Notes: generated by a model not told the origin, from the sequence alone. Shown: positions 36,314 through 46,818, counted from the stretch's first letter. The stretch: DNA of 64,000 bases from Deltaproteobacteria bacterium (GCA_900299195.1 OMIX01000089.1:2892-66891); one strand, 5' to 3'. Made by a program: numbers and translations.

Positions 36314-37687
36314 TTACCCTTTCGATGAAGTTTTAGATTGGGGTCGAACAATAACAACAGAACGAGATTCTTTTTTCAAAAAGTTTTTGGCAGCCTCTTT
36401 TAAATCCTGAGGTTTAAGTTTTTTAAACTCCTCAATAATTTCAAATCCCCTCAGGTAATTGCCACTCACCATTAAATAATCTCCCAACATATTTGCCATC
36501 GAAGAGTTGTCTTCAATCATACCGTAGAGAGACAAAAGTTCTTGGTTTAAAGCTCTTTCAAATTCTTCCTTTTTAATAGTTTGGCTTTTTAACAGGCTGA
36601 CTTCTCGATCAATGATCTCAATCGCCTCTTCTGCTCGATGTTTTTCCGCCAACGAAACAGAAAACTCGAGATAGTCCGGAACATTGCTCACCCCACAACT
36701 TGCTGAAACTGCAATTCCGGTATCTACCAATGTCTTTCTTAATCTTGACTCCATTCCTGTCGAAAGATGCGTACTTAGAAGCGATAATGGAACAATCGAA
36801 GGTGAGTTTACAGGTGGAATTCGATATCCTACCAAAAGAATGTCAGAAGTCGCTTGAGGGTGTTTTTTCTCAACTCGCCTTTCTTTCTTTTGGGAAGGTT
36901 CTTCCGGCATTTGATATCTCGGTATTTCCTGAGATTTCATATCGCCATAATACTTAACGATGAGAGGTAGTAATTCACTCTCCTCAGTATCGCCTACAAC
37001 AATAACGGTTGCATTATTGGGAGAGTAGAACGTTTTATAAAAATATTGGGCTTCTTCCAAAGTAAATCCTTTGATTTCTTCTTCAGTTCCTAAAACCGTG
37101 TACCTAAATGGAGCGACTTCAAAGACGGTGCGATTCAATTCATCCCAGGCTAATCGCCCCGGATTGTCCAAAGCCCGCCTCAACTCTCCAACGACTGCCC
37201 CCTTTTCTTTATCTAAAAGGGCGGCATCTAATTTAAGATTAGCCATTCGATCGGACTCAAGTTCGATTAATTTTTTTAATTGGTTTGAGGGAATACTCTC
37301 ATAGTAGTTGGTTCGGTAAAAATAGGTGGTTGCATTCTGTTTATCGCTTCCAATTCTGGAAGTGATTTCATCAAATTTACCGTCGGGATATTTGTCGGTT
37401 CCTCTAAACATCATATGTTCGAAAAGATGAGCCAATCCTGTCTTTTTAAGTTTTTGATCCATTTTTTCATCAAGAGATCCGATATCAAACCAAGTTTGGA
37501 AGGTCAGGACTTTAGCTTCATGCCTGGGGATCAATAAAACTTTCAACCCATTTGGAAGTTTGTACTCAGAAAGGGTCTCTCCATTGAAAAGTTTTTTATC
37601 GGACACTTTCTCAAAATCAGCTCCGAATACGCCTGAGAAAGTTAGAGCGGTTGCCAGAGTTAAAATATGCCACGATTTTTTATTCAT
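36314..37687 (-). CDS. M16-family zinc peptidase (insulinase/pitrilysin-like)
   Basis: Inverted zinc motif 'HLFEHMMFRGT' (HxxEH) and downstream Glu; signal peptide. Confidence 0.8.
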   Translation of the reverse strand: MNKKSWHILTLATALTFSGVFGADFEKVSDKKLFNGETLSEYKLPNGLKVLLIPRHEAKVLTFQTWFDIGSLDEKMDQKLKKTGLAHLFEHMMFRGTDKYPDGKFDEITSRIGSDKQNATTYFYRTNYYESIPSNQLKKLIELESDRMANLKLDAALLDKEKGAVVGELRRALDNPGRLAWDELNRTVFEVAPFRYTVLGTEEEIKGFTLEEAQYFYKTFYSPNNATVIVVGDTEESELLPLIVKYYGDMKSQEIPRYQMPEEPSQKKERRVEKKHPQATSDILLVGYRIPPVNSPSIVPLSLLSTHLSTGMESRLRKTLVDTGIAVSASCGVSNVPDYLEFSVSLAEKHRAEEAIEIIDREVSLLKSQTIKKEEFERALNQELLSLYGMIEDNSSMANMLGDYLMVSGNYLRGFEIIEEFKKLKPQDLKEAAKNFLKKESRSVVIVRPQSKTSSKG

Positions 37688-37701
37688 AAGATGTCAGATC
37701 C

Positions 37702-39144
37702 TTACTGTTTTGGAGTTTCAAGTTGATATAAAGACTCATCTTCAGAAAACGCAGGAGCCTTAGGCTCAGAGGCTCCTCCCTCTTTTGAAGAAGGCTCAGT
37801 AGAATTCATTTGATTGCTGTCGGATTCAGGCAATTGTTTTTTAACAGGTTCAGATATTTCAGATTCTTTTGGAATCTCAGTATGGGGATCTGATGGAGTT
37901 AATTCTAAAGAAGAATCAATTTTGGGATCGATAGGCGCCTTGGGCACCAATTTAATCTCAACCTCAGGGCTTCCCCCTTCAATCTTTTTCCCTTTGATTT
38001 TAGATTTGAAAGAGCCATTAGGAGCTCCTAACCCCAGAGCCAAAGTTAAAGCATATCTTCGACTGGGTAAACGACCCGGCCCACTTGACAACTCTTCTTG
38101 ATAAGTCGCGAAATCTAATTTGGCATAGGTCAGGTTAACACCTAATCCCACTGAAACATAACCTTGATGAATACCCGTTCTTACAGTCAACGCTCCTACG
38201 GGAACCTCAATCCCAAGATTTAGATGCTTTAAAATTTTTCCAGACCGAGCCCCCAAATGTGGATCGCTCTCTCCACCTAATTGAAACTCGGCAAGATCAG
38301 CCATCACATGATAGTGATCTACTAAATCACCTCCAGAGAAAACAGAATGCCAACCAATTGAAAAAGTACGGGTAAGACCAGGAGGTTGACCGGTGCTTTT
38401 GCTTCCCATAGAAAATGAGCTTGCAAGCAAATTACTCACTACAAATGAAATTCGATTAGCTTGTCCAAAGTCTAAATAGGGAATGTCGTACATGACTCCT
38501 AAATCAAAATCGATCCCAAATCCAGTTCCGCCAAGATCTTTGGGATTCAAATTCACTTTGTCGCCTTGAACCAAATCAGCCAAAGTTAAATTGACTCTGC
38601 CTCCGCTGCGAAGAATCCCTTTTGCCGTTAATCCGATGTGGGTATATTCATTACCCACGGTTCTTCCATAGCTAACCAGCAGTCCGGAATCGATAATTCC
38701 AGTGAAATCGACACTCGAATCGAGTTCTTTCCCAGAGAGCAAATAATCGGCTTTAACATCTCCTAGCAAAACTCCCACAGCTAAATGCTTCATTAAGAAA
38801 TAAGGTAGAACAGAGCCCCCTAAGTAAAGAGGATCTCCTTGATATTGAGCTAAAGCATCAATCGAATCGGCTAAGGATTTTGAAGACAGAGTCTTTTTAG
38901 TTTCAAAGGCAGCAAAAGTACGATTACCGACTTGACTACCGAAATTCACCATCGATTGTGTTTTACCTTGATAAAGGCTAACGCCGGCGGGATTGTAGAA
39001 CAGTGCGTACTCATCATCCGACCGCCCGTAGAACGCCCCCCCCATTCCCAAGGCGCGAATGCTTCGACTGATACCGTAGAACTCTCTCATCGCGAATGTT
39101 GGGACTACAAAAGATAGACATATGAGAAGGGTCAGTCTTTTCAT
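37702..39144 (-). CDS. FadL/OmpP1/TodX-family outer-membrane transport protein with long disordered C-terminal tail (paralog of 13651..14988)
   Basis: 'RSIRALGMGGAFYGRSDDEYALFYNPAG' hatch motif; about 100-aa Pro/Glu/Ser/Lys-rich C-terminus. Confidence 0.55.
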   Translation of the reverse strand: MKRLTLLICLSFVVPTFAMREFYGISRSIRALGMGGAFYGRSDDEYALFYNPAGVSLYQGKTQSMVNFGSQVGNRTFAAFETKKTLSSKSLADSIDALAQYQGDPLYLGGSVLPYFLMKHLAVGVLLGDVKADYLLSGKELDSSVDFTGIIDSGLLVSYGRTVGNEYTHIGLTAKGILRSGGRVNLTLADLVQGDKVNLNPKDLGGTGFGIDFDLGVMYDIPYLDFGQANRISFVVSNLLASSFSMGSKSTGQPPGLTRTFSIGWHSVFSGGDLVDHYHVMADLAEFQLGGESDPHLGARSGKILKHLNLGIEVPVGALTVRTGIHQGYVSVGLGVNLTYAKLDFATYQEELSSGPGRLPSRRYALTLALGLGAPNGSFKSKIKGKKIEGGSPEVEIKLVPKAPIDPKIDSSLELTPSDPHTEIPKESEISEPVKKQLPESDSNQMNSTEPSSKEGGASEPKAPAFSEDESLYQLETPKQ

Positions 39145-39905
39145 TAGTTGAATGTTTCCTTAAGCGCCCGTCTCACCGTATTCGTATTAGAATCGGTGAT
39201 TCCTGGGATGGATAATAATTTACTTAAGGCCCCTGCCAACTCGGTAAAACCAGCTGCGTTAAGGTCAGCGCTGGAGATCGCTTGGATGTCGGATGCACAA
39301 GCATCAACATCGGGTTTACACATTCCTGGACTTCCCGAAACCAATTCTCCATTGGAATCGCCTCCAATATCTACTGCACTCAAAACTCGATTGGCTTGAG
39401 CGTTAGGTGTTGTACAGTCATTGATATCTACATGAGTCGCTTGAAACATATCAGTCCTAGCCATTCGAATCGCACAATGGGAGAACAGAGCGATCGTTTT
39501 TAAAAGAACTGCCTCTTCTTTGTTACTTAAACTATTAAAATTCACACAATGGGTTTTTGCTAAATCTAAATCGGCCGACTTTCTCGAAGTCCACGGAACA
39601 AATTTTTGGGCGTAATTGGGTAACATTTTACTAGAGTTTTGATTCAAGCTATTAACTAAAACCGTTAAGGTGACTCCCCCTCGACTCAAATAGGTCTGAC
39701 AGAGTTTTTGTTGTTTGAGTGTGTTATCTTCCAATTTTTCATACTGCTCCAGGGCACAATCATAATTGGAATCCGATAAGCATTTTTGCGCCTCTTCAAG
39801 TTTATCCAGATCCGAACCGGTGGTATTAAAGGGCGTGTAAAGGTTGCAAGAAATAAGAGAGAGAATGATTAGCAATAAAATAAAGAAATGTAGGAATGGC
39901 TTCAT
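39144..39905 (-). CDS. hypothetical lipoprotein
   Basis: Signal peptide with lipobox-like 'LISC'; stop/start junction with the downstream FadL-like gene. Confidence 0.45.
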   Translation of the reverse strand: MKPFLHFFILLLIILSLISCNLYTPFNTTGSDLDKLEEAQKCLSDSNYDCALEQYEKLEDNTLKQQKLCQTYLSRGGVTLTVLVNSLNQNSSKMLPNYAQKFVPWTSRKSADLDLAKTHCVNFNSLSNKEEAVLLKTIALFSHCAIRMARTDMFQATHVDINDCTTPNAQANRVLSAVDIGGDSNGELVSGSPGMCKPDVDACASDIQAISSADLNAAGFTELAGALSKLLSIPGITDSNTNTVRRALKETFN

Positions 39906-40004
39906 AGCTTTTGTGCGGTATAAGAAAATTTACCACAAAAGCTTATCGAAAAGTATTCAAAGACTTAGAGTTTTATGATGTGGCGAGTTACTAAACGAGT
40001 TTTG

Positions 40005-40580
40005 TCAACAACCCAATCCAAACTGCACAGCCCCCGTACAAAAAGCCGGCCGAACCGGTTGGAGTGAGGGTTGTGTCAAAACATCTCTCTGAACTAATTG
40101 CCAACCCGCTTGTTGAAGTTTTTGAGCACGATCTGAGGTAATTTCAAATCCTCTCGCAACTAAATTAGAGCCGACTCGACTCACAATTCCGCCTAACTGT
40201 GAAATAAACCAAGGTCGGGTTTCAGGATAATTAGCATACTGACCATTCGACATAGTCGAATACATCATAATGAAATTAATTAAATTGTCAGAACACTGCC
40301 CTCCCAAAGAAGGGATTACGGGAAGTCCTCCCCCCATTCCAGCTTGAGGGTTGCTCATCATCATCATGACTGGAGCTAAGCTATTAGCGCCCGATTTTCC
40401 GCATTCTTCTTTTGTTTGTTGGGCTAAAGTAAACATAGTTTGAAGTTGGGCCTGATCGGTAGGGTTATTCAATTTAAGCCCAGGCGGCTGCGGTGGTGGA
40501 GCCGAACTGTCTCCGCATCCAATCATGAAAAGCAGTAAACTTTGAGAAAAGAGAATCAAAATGTGTTTCATAACTAACAC
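40005..40580 (-). CDS. hypothetical lipoprotein, Met/Gly-rich
   Basis: Lipobox 'MIGC'; low-complexity 'MMMMSNPQAGMGGG' region. Confidence 0.4.
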   Translation of the reverse strand: MLVMKHILILFSQSLLLFMIGCGDSSAPPPQPPGLKLNNPTDQAQLQTMFTLAQQTKEECGKSGANSLAPVMMMMSNPQAGMGGGLPVIPSLGGQCSDNLINFIMMYSTMSNGQYANYPETRPWFISQLGGIVSRVGSNLVARGFEITSDRAQKLQQAGWQLVQRDVLTQPSLQPVRPAFCTGAVQFGLGC

Positions 40581-40820
40581 TCCAAGCTAAACGGCTAATG
40601 GGACTCTTAATAAGTAAGGCTGCAACCCTGAGGCCACAAATAGACTACGAATAAACAGCTTACAAAGCTCTGAAGTCATTCACTTTTGTTAAGTTTTTAT
40701 GAGGCTGACTAGAACCTAGACAAAGAATATTTAATCGACAACGGCCCTAGAACTTAAAAAAAACATTGTTAAATCAGTATTTTAGGGTGGCTAGCTTTTT
40801 AGCAACCCAAACGACTAGCT

Positions 40821-41765
40821 TCAGTTCGCTTTAAGCTCTCTAGATAATCTTTCTCGAGTATATTCGACAAAGGACTTAATCCCCTCTTGGATAGAAATTC
40901 TAGGCTCCCAGCCAACTCTTTGCGTTTCTGAGATATCGGCCAAAGTTCTAAAAGCCTCTCCCGGCAACTCCGGCTTAAAAATTGGTTCAAGACCCGATTG
41001 GATTTCATTCTCAATCATTTGGAAAATTTCAAGAATGGAATAGTCTTTACCCGATCCCAAATTATAAATTCCCCCTTGAATGTTTTTCTCTCGTACAAGT
41101 TGGAGATGAAATCGATTGATATCATCGACATGAATAAAATCTCTTCTCTTTTCACCCGTTCCGTAAATGAAAGGTCTTTGTCCTTGTAAAAGCTTGATCG
41201 TAAAAGCACTCATGACCGGAGGAATCACTCTCCGCCAATCTTGGGCTGGACCATAAACATTAAAATAACGAACCGTAGAGATATTTAATCCGTAATAGTT
41301 TTTAAAGCCCTCTGCAATTAAAGCCCCGCTTCTTTTACTGCAAGCATAGATCGACATAGGCTTAACCCGATCAGTTTTAGAGGGAAAAGAGTCAATGCCT
41401 TCGTATTCAGCTGAAGTGTCCGAGTAGATCACATGAGGCACTCGATATTCGACACAAGCCTGCAAAACATTCGCTGTTCCCATCACGTTAATTCGAGCGG
41501 TGTCGACTGGATTTTTAGCACAGTCATCCAAACAATTTCTGGCAGCTAAATGAAAAACGGCCGAAGCCCCCTCTACATACCGGCCAAAATCGGAATCGCA
41601 AACGTCGATTTTCTTAAAATCGACTCCCTCTGGTAAATTTTCTAATGTTCCCGCCAAAAGATTATCGATAGCCACTACGAAATAACCTTCCTGCAATAAC
41701 ATCTTACAAAGATTACTTCCGATAAACCCGGCAGCCCCGGTCACGACTATTTTTTCACGCACCAT
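40821..41765 (-). CDS. NAD-dependent sugar epimerase/dehydratase (extended SDR, GalE/RmlB-like)
   Basis: 'VTGAAGFIGSNL' Rossmann motif, 'YACSK' catalytic YxxxK. Confidence 0.8.
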   Translation of the reverse strand: MVREKIVVTGAAGFIGSNLCKMLLQEGYFVVAIDNLLAGTLENLPEGVDFKKIDVCDSDFGRYVEGASAVFHLAARNCLDDCAKNPVDTARINVMGTANVLQACVEYRVPHVIYSDTSAEYEGIDSFPSKTDRVKPMSIYACSKRSGALIAEGFKNYYGLNISTVRYFNVYGPAQDWRRVIPPVMSAFTIKLLQGQRPFIYGTGEKRRDFIHVDDINRFHLQLVREKNIQGGIYNLGSGKDYSILEIFQMIENEIQSGLEPIFKPELPGEAFRTLADISETQRVGWEPRISIQEGIKSFVEYTRERLSRELKAN

Positions 41766-42483
41766 CGACGAAACTCCTCATTCGGATCAAACTGAGCTCT
41801 CTAAAGTTTTTTAAGGTTCCCCAGATGGGATGGTACCGAGTATCGCTGTCATTAGACCATTCCACAGGGAATTCAGCATGTTTCAGTTTCAGCTTTTTGG
41901 CGACAAGAAGGGCCTCAATATCAAACATGAAACCATCCGTTTTAACCCGTTCAAAAATCGATAGAGCCGCTTTTTTAGAATAAATTTTAAATCCACACTG
42001 AGTATCAGAGACCTGAACCCCCATAAACCCTTTCACAACCCACCAAAAAACTTTAGAACCCACTTTACGGTAAGTGGGTTGCTCCCGCTTGATTTTTGTG
42101 TCTTTTAATCGACGTGAAGCCAACGCAAAATCGGCCCCACCCTCGATTTGCTCAATCCCTTTGATCAAATAAGAAAAAGGAACACAAAGCCCGCTGTCAG
42201 CAAAAGCTATTAAATCCCCTTGAGCGTTCTTGACCCCATAGCGAATTGCATACCCCTTGCCTCGATTACCCCCATAACTCAAAACACGAAATTGCACTTG
42301 GGGCGTAGAAAACTTTTTACTGAGTTCTTCGGCCACTTTTTGGGTTTCATCTTGGCTCCCATCATTAATTATCAAAACCTCAGATGAAAAAGGCTGGGAC
42401 TCCAAAAAAAGACTCGCCGCATTAAAATCAGCATGGATTTTTTTGGCTTCGTTATAAGCAGGAATAATGAGACTTAATTTCAT
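41755..42483 (-). CDS. family 2 glycosyltransferase (polyprenyl-phosphate sugar transferase-like)
   Basis: 'LSLIIPAYNE', 'DGSQDET' (DxD region), GT-A fold length. Confidence 0.8.
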   Translation of the reverse strand: MKLSLIIPAYNEAKKIHADFNAASLFLESQPFSSEVLIINDGSQDETQKVAEELSKKFSTPQVQFRVLSYGGNRGKGYAIRYGVKNAQGDLIAFADSGLCVPFSYLIKGIEQIEGGADFALASRRLKDTKIKREQPTYRKVGSKVFWWVVKGFMGVQVSDTQCGFKIYSKKAALSIFERVKTDGFMFDIEALLVAKKLKLKHAEFPVEWSNDSDTRYHPIWGTLKNFRELSLIRMRSFVDGA

Positions 42484-42586
42484 AAGGTTTTGATAACCAA
42501 ATATCCTTGAAAGGGCAACCCTAAGCTAAGTTTCCGGCCTTTTACCTTTGACACCCTAATCCCCCTCTATCTATAGTGCAAAGCTT

Positions 42587-43660
42587 ATGATTATCACTCG
42601 AACGCCTTTTAGATTTACCTTGGGTGGTGGAGGTACAGACCTACCTTCTTATTATAGTAAATACGGGGGTTTAGTGTTCAGTGCTGCGATTGATAAATAC
42701 ATGTTCATTTCAGTGAATCGCCCTATTGTAGATGATTTGGTAAGAGTCAAATACTCCAAATCGGAGTGTGTGGCTTCAGTGAAAGAACTCCAACATGAAT
42801 TAGCTAAAGCGGCTCTTGAATTCACTGGAATCGAAAACGCTATCGAAATCTTGTCGATGGCCGATATTCCCGCTGGGACTGGACTGGGCTCTTCGAGCTG
42901 TTATGTCGTAGGCCTATTGAATGCTCTTCAATGTTTAAAAAGAGATATTCCTACCCAACCCCAACTCGCTGAGACAGCCTGTTACCTAGAAATGGATGTT
43001 CTCAAAAAACCGGTAGGAAAACAGGATCAATATGTAGCAGCCGTAGGCGGGCTTCCCATTCTAGAAATTGAGAAATCCGGAAAAGTGAATGTTCGCCAAG
43101 CTCACGTCTCCTATGAAGTCATGGACGAATTAAACCGAAACACTCTCATCTTTTACACGGGGATGACTCGATCGGCAGACGATATTTTAAAGCACCAAAA
43201 TTCTTCCGTAAAAAAAGATGATAAAGCAGTTACCGAAAGTTTGCACAGGATTAAGGAAATTGGTTATGAAATTATCGAAGCTATCGAATCGGGGAATTTG
43301 GATAGGTTCGGGCTTTTGATGGATGAACATTGGGAAAATAAGAAACGCTTATCCTCAAAAATTGCAGATTCTAGACTTGATAAAATTTATGCTACCGCCA
43401 AAGCCAACGGAGCACTGGGTGGAAAAGTCACCGGAGCTGGTGGAGGTGGTTTTTTTGTTTTTTATACCAGCCATCGGCACCAGCAACTTCGACGAGCTAT
43501 GCAACGAGAGGGGTTAAGAGAACTTCGTTATCGATTTGATACCGAGGGAAGTAAAGTACTGGTCAATTTATCAGATAGTCGAGGTCGTTATGACAACACT
43601 ACCCCGCAATGGAACGCAGTTCCCCATTACACTGATATCGGGATATCGGGGACTTGCTGA
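42587..43660 (+). CDS. GHMP-family sugar kinase (HddA-like heptose 7-phosphate kinase candidate)
   Basis: GHMP motif 'PAGTGLGSSSCYVVG', C-terminal 'GGKVTGAGGGGFF'. Confidence 0.7.
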   Translation: MIITRTPFRFTLGGGGTDLPSYYSKYGGLVFSAAIDKYMFISVNRPIVDDLVRVKYSKSECVASVKELQHELAKAALEFTGIENAIEILSMADIPAGTGLGSSSCYVVGLLNALQCLKRDIPTQPQLAETACYLEMDVLKKPVGKQDQYVAAVGGLPILEIEKSGKVNVRQAHVSYEVMDELNRNTLIFYTGMTRSADDILKHQNSSVKKDDKAVTESLHRIKEIGYEIIEAIESGNLDRFGLLMDEHWENKKRLSSKIADSRLDKIYATAKANGALGGKVTGAGGGGFFVFYTSHRHQQLRRAMQREGLRELRYRFDTEGSKVLVNLSDSRGRYDNTTPQWNAVPHYTDIGISGTC

Positions 43661-44450
43661 AACAATCCTAGAACAAGCCACTCAAGAAGGCCATCAATTG
43701 TCCGTCTTGGTTAGAAATCAAGGGGCTTTGTCTGAACTTAAAGTAAAATTTCCTGAAGCTTTTTTTTGCATCGGGGATATCAAAAACAAAGTCGACTGTG
43801 AGCGGTGGGTGAACGAGACTCTCAAACGATGGAATCGAATTGATAATCTCATTAACAACGCGGCAATGACTGGCCCCACCGGGAAATTGGAGGAGTTGAA
43901 CTTTTCAGATTTTGAAGAAACCCTTCAAGTTAATTTTTTGGCTCCTATTTTTTTAACTCAATTGGTTCTTCCTTGCTTTCAATTACAAAAAAAAGGCACT
44001 GTCATTAACTTGTCCGGCGGAGGAGCCACGGCTCCGCGACCTTTCTTTGGACCTTACGGGGCAAGTAAATGTGCCCTAGTCAGATTTACTGAATCTTTGG
44101 CTTTGGAGTATCCCGAATTTAATTTTTACTCGATAGCTCCAGGAGCACTGAAGACCCCTATGATGGAGGGCATTTCAAAAACTTCTGCCGATAAAATTGG
44201 GAAAGAACAAGACGAAGCCATTCACCGTATGAAATACGGAGGAGATGATCCTAAGAAGGCTGCACAGCTCATCTTATGGCTATGCCAAAACCAACCTCGA
44301 ATCCTCAGTGGAAAATTAATCAGCGCGAAATGGGATAACTACCTTGAGTACTCATTGAATAACCCTAACATTCCTTATTGGACTTTAAGAAGGGTAGATG
44401 AAGCTTTGATTAAAACTTTGTCAAAAACTGATGGACCCCACTCATGTTAG
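43590..44450 (+). CDS. classical short-chain dehydrogenase/reductase (start chosen at 'MTTLPRNG'; ORF opens at 43536)
   Basis: 'NNAAM' and catalytic 'YGASK' motifs; Rossmann N-terminus. Confidence 0.7.
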   Translation: MTTLPRNGTQFPITLISGYRGLAETILEQATQEGHQLSVLVRNQGALSELKVKFPEAFFCIGDIKNKVDCERWVNETLKRWNRIDNLINNAAMTGPTGKLEELNFSDFEETLQVNFLAPIFLTQLVLPCFQLQKKGTVINLSGGGATAPRPFFGPYGASKCALVRFTESLALEYPEFNFYSIAPGALKTPMMEGISKTSADKIGKEQDEAIHRMKYGGDDPKKAAQLILWLCQNQPRILSGKLISAKWDNYLEYSLNNPNIPYWTLRRVDEALIKTLSKTDGPHSC

Positions 44451-44974
44451 GGAAAGCTCTATTTTTAGATCGAGACGGTATTTTTAATGAATTGGTCTTG
44501 AGAGATGGGACCTACCATTCACCAAGAAACTGGAATGAAGTAACCCATTACAACCTTGAGGGATTAGGACACTTTAAATCTTTAGGTTTTCAGTTGATCA
44601 TGGTCACCAATCAACCCGATATCGAAAGAAAAATCATAGATTCTACTTTTATCGACGAATTGCACCGTTATTACCAAGAACGCTACAGTTTAGATAAAAT
44701 CTATGTCTGCCCCTTTTCTTCAAATGACCACCCTTTAAAAAAACCCAATCCAGGAATGTTTTTCTTAGCTCAAAAAGAATTCCAGTTAGATCTATCTCAC
44801 TGTTTTATTTTGGGAGACACCGAAAAGGATACGTTAGCAGCCCGTCGATGTGGCATGAAAAGTATTTTATGGAACCGAAATTACAATCAAGGTGTTAAGG
44901 CTGACTTTACCGTGGATTCAATCAGTTCTTTACAACAGCTTTTTTGCCGTCTCATCGACCCCGCTTCCATTTAA
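44444..44974 (+). CDS. HAD-IIIA family phosphatase (GmhB/histidinol-phosphatase-like)
   Basis: 'FLDRDGIFN' DxD nucleophile motif, 'KPNPGM' and 'GDTEKD' HAD motifs. Confidence 0.7.
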   Translation: MLGKALFLDRDGIFNELVLRDGTYHSPRNWNEVTHYNLEGLGHFKSLGFQLIMVTNQPDIERKIIDSTFIDELHRYYQERYSLDKIYVCPFSSNDHPLKKPNPGMFFLAQKEFQLDLSHCFILGDTEKDTLAARRCGMKSILWNRNYNQGVKADFTVDSISSLQQLFCRLIDPASI

Positions 44975-45731
44975 ACGAGTCGCCTTTAAGCAGAATTTTA
45001 AAAGTTCCAGGTTCTAAACTGAGATTGTGTTCAGGATTCAAACATCCTACCCAATCCAGATAGGGTTCTTGGGTTTGGGGCTGGGTGTAATCGACTAAGA
45101 CTTCGGTCTTAAGTTGGCTACAGCCAAGCGACCTTATCCCTCCCCCTATCGCTGAGGAGTCTCCAAGACCCGCCGCTAGACTATTTTTGCCGTGAATGAG
45201 TCTTAAAATTAAAGAATCTTTGGCTAGAGCCATGACCTTAAGTTGGGTTTGGGATTGAGAAAAAAGAAAACTTTCTAAGCTCAGACTTTGAAGTGAAATC
45301 CCTCTCTTTAAAAAGATTTCCTTAATGGCTAACCAATCAGCGGTTTCGAGAGAAAGTGGATTTGTTTTGACCTCTTTAATTCTTATTCCGCTGGCCAACA
45401 TATCTTTTAACGCTGAAATCGAATCCGGCCCAAAAGAACTTAATATTAATTGGTCTATATCTTTGATTTTCTGTTTTTTTAGATAAAGCAAAAGACTCCC
45501 GGCTGCCTTTCCTGCATTAATTAAAAAAACCTGTCCGTCTGGCATTTTGACCAATTGAGCCTGAGCGGCATGTGTTTGGGAGTCGGATTTGATTAAGGTC
45601 CATTCAACAAAAGGTCTTTTATCGATCAAGAAGGTAAAGGCTAACAGGTATAAAACAATCCATCCCAAAGCGATGGAGCCCCATTTCAAAAAAAATCTGG
45701 CCCTCTTTTGTTCAGAATGAATTTCTGACAC
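44952..45731 (-). CDS. membrane-anchored protein with degenerate ComEC-like MBL-fold domain
   Basis: 'DGQVFLINAG ... IDQLILSSFGPDSISAL' aligns to the ComEC/MBL 'ILID.G ... LSHxDxDHxGG' region, but the metal-binding His/Asp residues are replaced. Confidence 0.4.
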   Translation of the reverse strand: MSEIHSEQKRARFFLKWGSIALGWIVLYLLAFTFLIDKRPFVEWTLIKSDSQTHAAQAQLVKMPDGQVFLINAGKAAGSLLLYLKKQKIKDIDQLILSSFGPDSISALKDMLASGIRIKEVKTNPLSLETADWLAIKEIFLKRGISLQSLSLESFLFSQSQTQLKVMALAKDSLILRLIHGKNSLAAGLGDSSAIGGGIRSLGCSQLKTEVLVDYTQPQTQEPYLDWVGCLNPEHNLSLEPGTFKILLKGDSFKWKRGR

Positions 45732-45822
45732 TAACTTACCTCCAGCGTCATTTGATATCTGTGGTACACTAAAAACGTCCCAATCGTAAGTGAAATAAAA
45801 CTTTAAAAATAACCATTCGAAT

Positions 45823-46818
45823 ATGAATCTTAAAGACAGGATTTACATCGCTGGTCATCAAGGCTTGGTAGGATCCGCTATCGTAAGGAACTTAAAAGCT
45901 AAGGGTTTTAAAAACATCATCACAGCCGAACGATCGCAACTCAATTTACTCGATCAAACTGACGTACAAGAGTTTTTCAAAGAAAATAACTTTGACTATG
46001 TCCTTGTAGCGGCTGCTAAAGTAGGAGGAATTCTCGCCAATAGCTCCTACCCCGCAGATTTTATTTACGAAAATTTAACGATAGCGACTCATGTCATTCA
46101 TTCCGCTTACCAAAGCAAAGTAAAGAAGCTTTTATACTTAGGAAGTAGCTGTATTTATCCTAAAGATTGTCCTCAACCCATGAAAGAGGAACATCTGCTC
46201 ACAGGACCTTTGGAGCCGACTAACGAAGCCTATGCGATTGCAAAAATTGCGGGGCTAAAACTGTGTGAATTTTATCGTTCTCAATACGGACAAAATTTTA
46301 TAGCCGCCATGCCCACTAATCTGTATGGCCCTTTCGATAATTTTCATCCTCAAAACAGCCACGTTTTACCCGCTCTTATCAGAAGGTTTCATGAAGCTAA
46401 GGAAACAGGGGCTAAACAGGTTACCGTTTGGGGAAGCGGAAGACCCATTCGGGAACTGCTCTTCGTTGATGATTTAGCAGAAGCCCTTGTTCTTCTCATG
46501 GAGAAATATGAATCCGGGGAGGTCATCAACGTAGGAACCGGACAAGGGTACACTATTGCGGAAATTGCTAATCAAGTGCGAGAGGTTGTGGGTTTTGAAG
46601 GTGCGATTGTGTTTGATAAGACAAAACCCGACGGCACACCTAAAAAAGTTCTCAACATAGAAAAAATCTCAAGTCTGGGGTGGAAACCCTCAACGCCTCT
46701 CAAAGAGGGTATTTTGACCACTTATCAATGGGCACTAAAAAATGGAGTCTTCAACCTACCCTCCTCAAAACAAGCACTTCCCACTAACTCAAAGCCTATC
46801 ACAGTAGGGCGCTGCTAA
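45823..46818 (+). CDS. fcl: GDP-L-fucose synthase family (Fcl-like NDP-4-keto-6-deoxy-sugar epimerase/reductase)
   Basis: 'RIYIAGHQGLVGSAIVR', 'YAIAK' catalytic motif, 331 aa, overall Fcl-like. Confidence 0.85.
   Translation: MNLKDRIYIAGHQGLVGSAIVRNLKAKGFKNIITAERSQLNLLDQTDVQEFFKENNFDYVLVAAAKVGGILANSSYPADFIYENLTIATHVIHSAYQSKVKKLLYLGSSCIYPKDCPQPMKEEHLLTGPLEPTNEAYAIAKIAGLKLCEFYRSQYGQNFIAAMPTNLYGPFDNFHPQNSHVLPALIRRFHEAKETGAKQVTVWGSGRPIRELLFVDDLAEALVLLMEKYESGEVINVGTGQGYTIAEIANQVREVVGFEGAIVFDKTKPDGTPKKVLNIEKISSLGWKPSTPLKEGILTTYQWALKNGVFNLPSSKQALPTNSKPITVGRC

Noticed and set aside
40799-41209. Small ORFs 40799..41014 (-), 40998..41189 (+), 41015..41209 (-) around the epimerase gene
   Set aside because: They overlap the well-supported epimerase CDS in other frames, so they are spurious.
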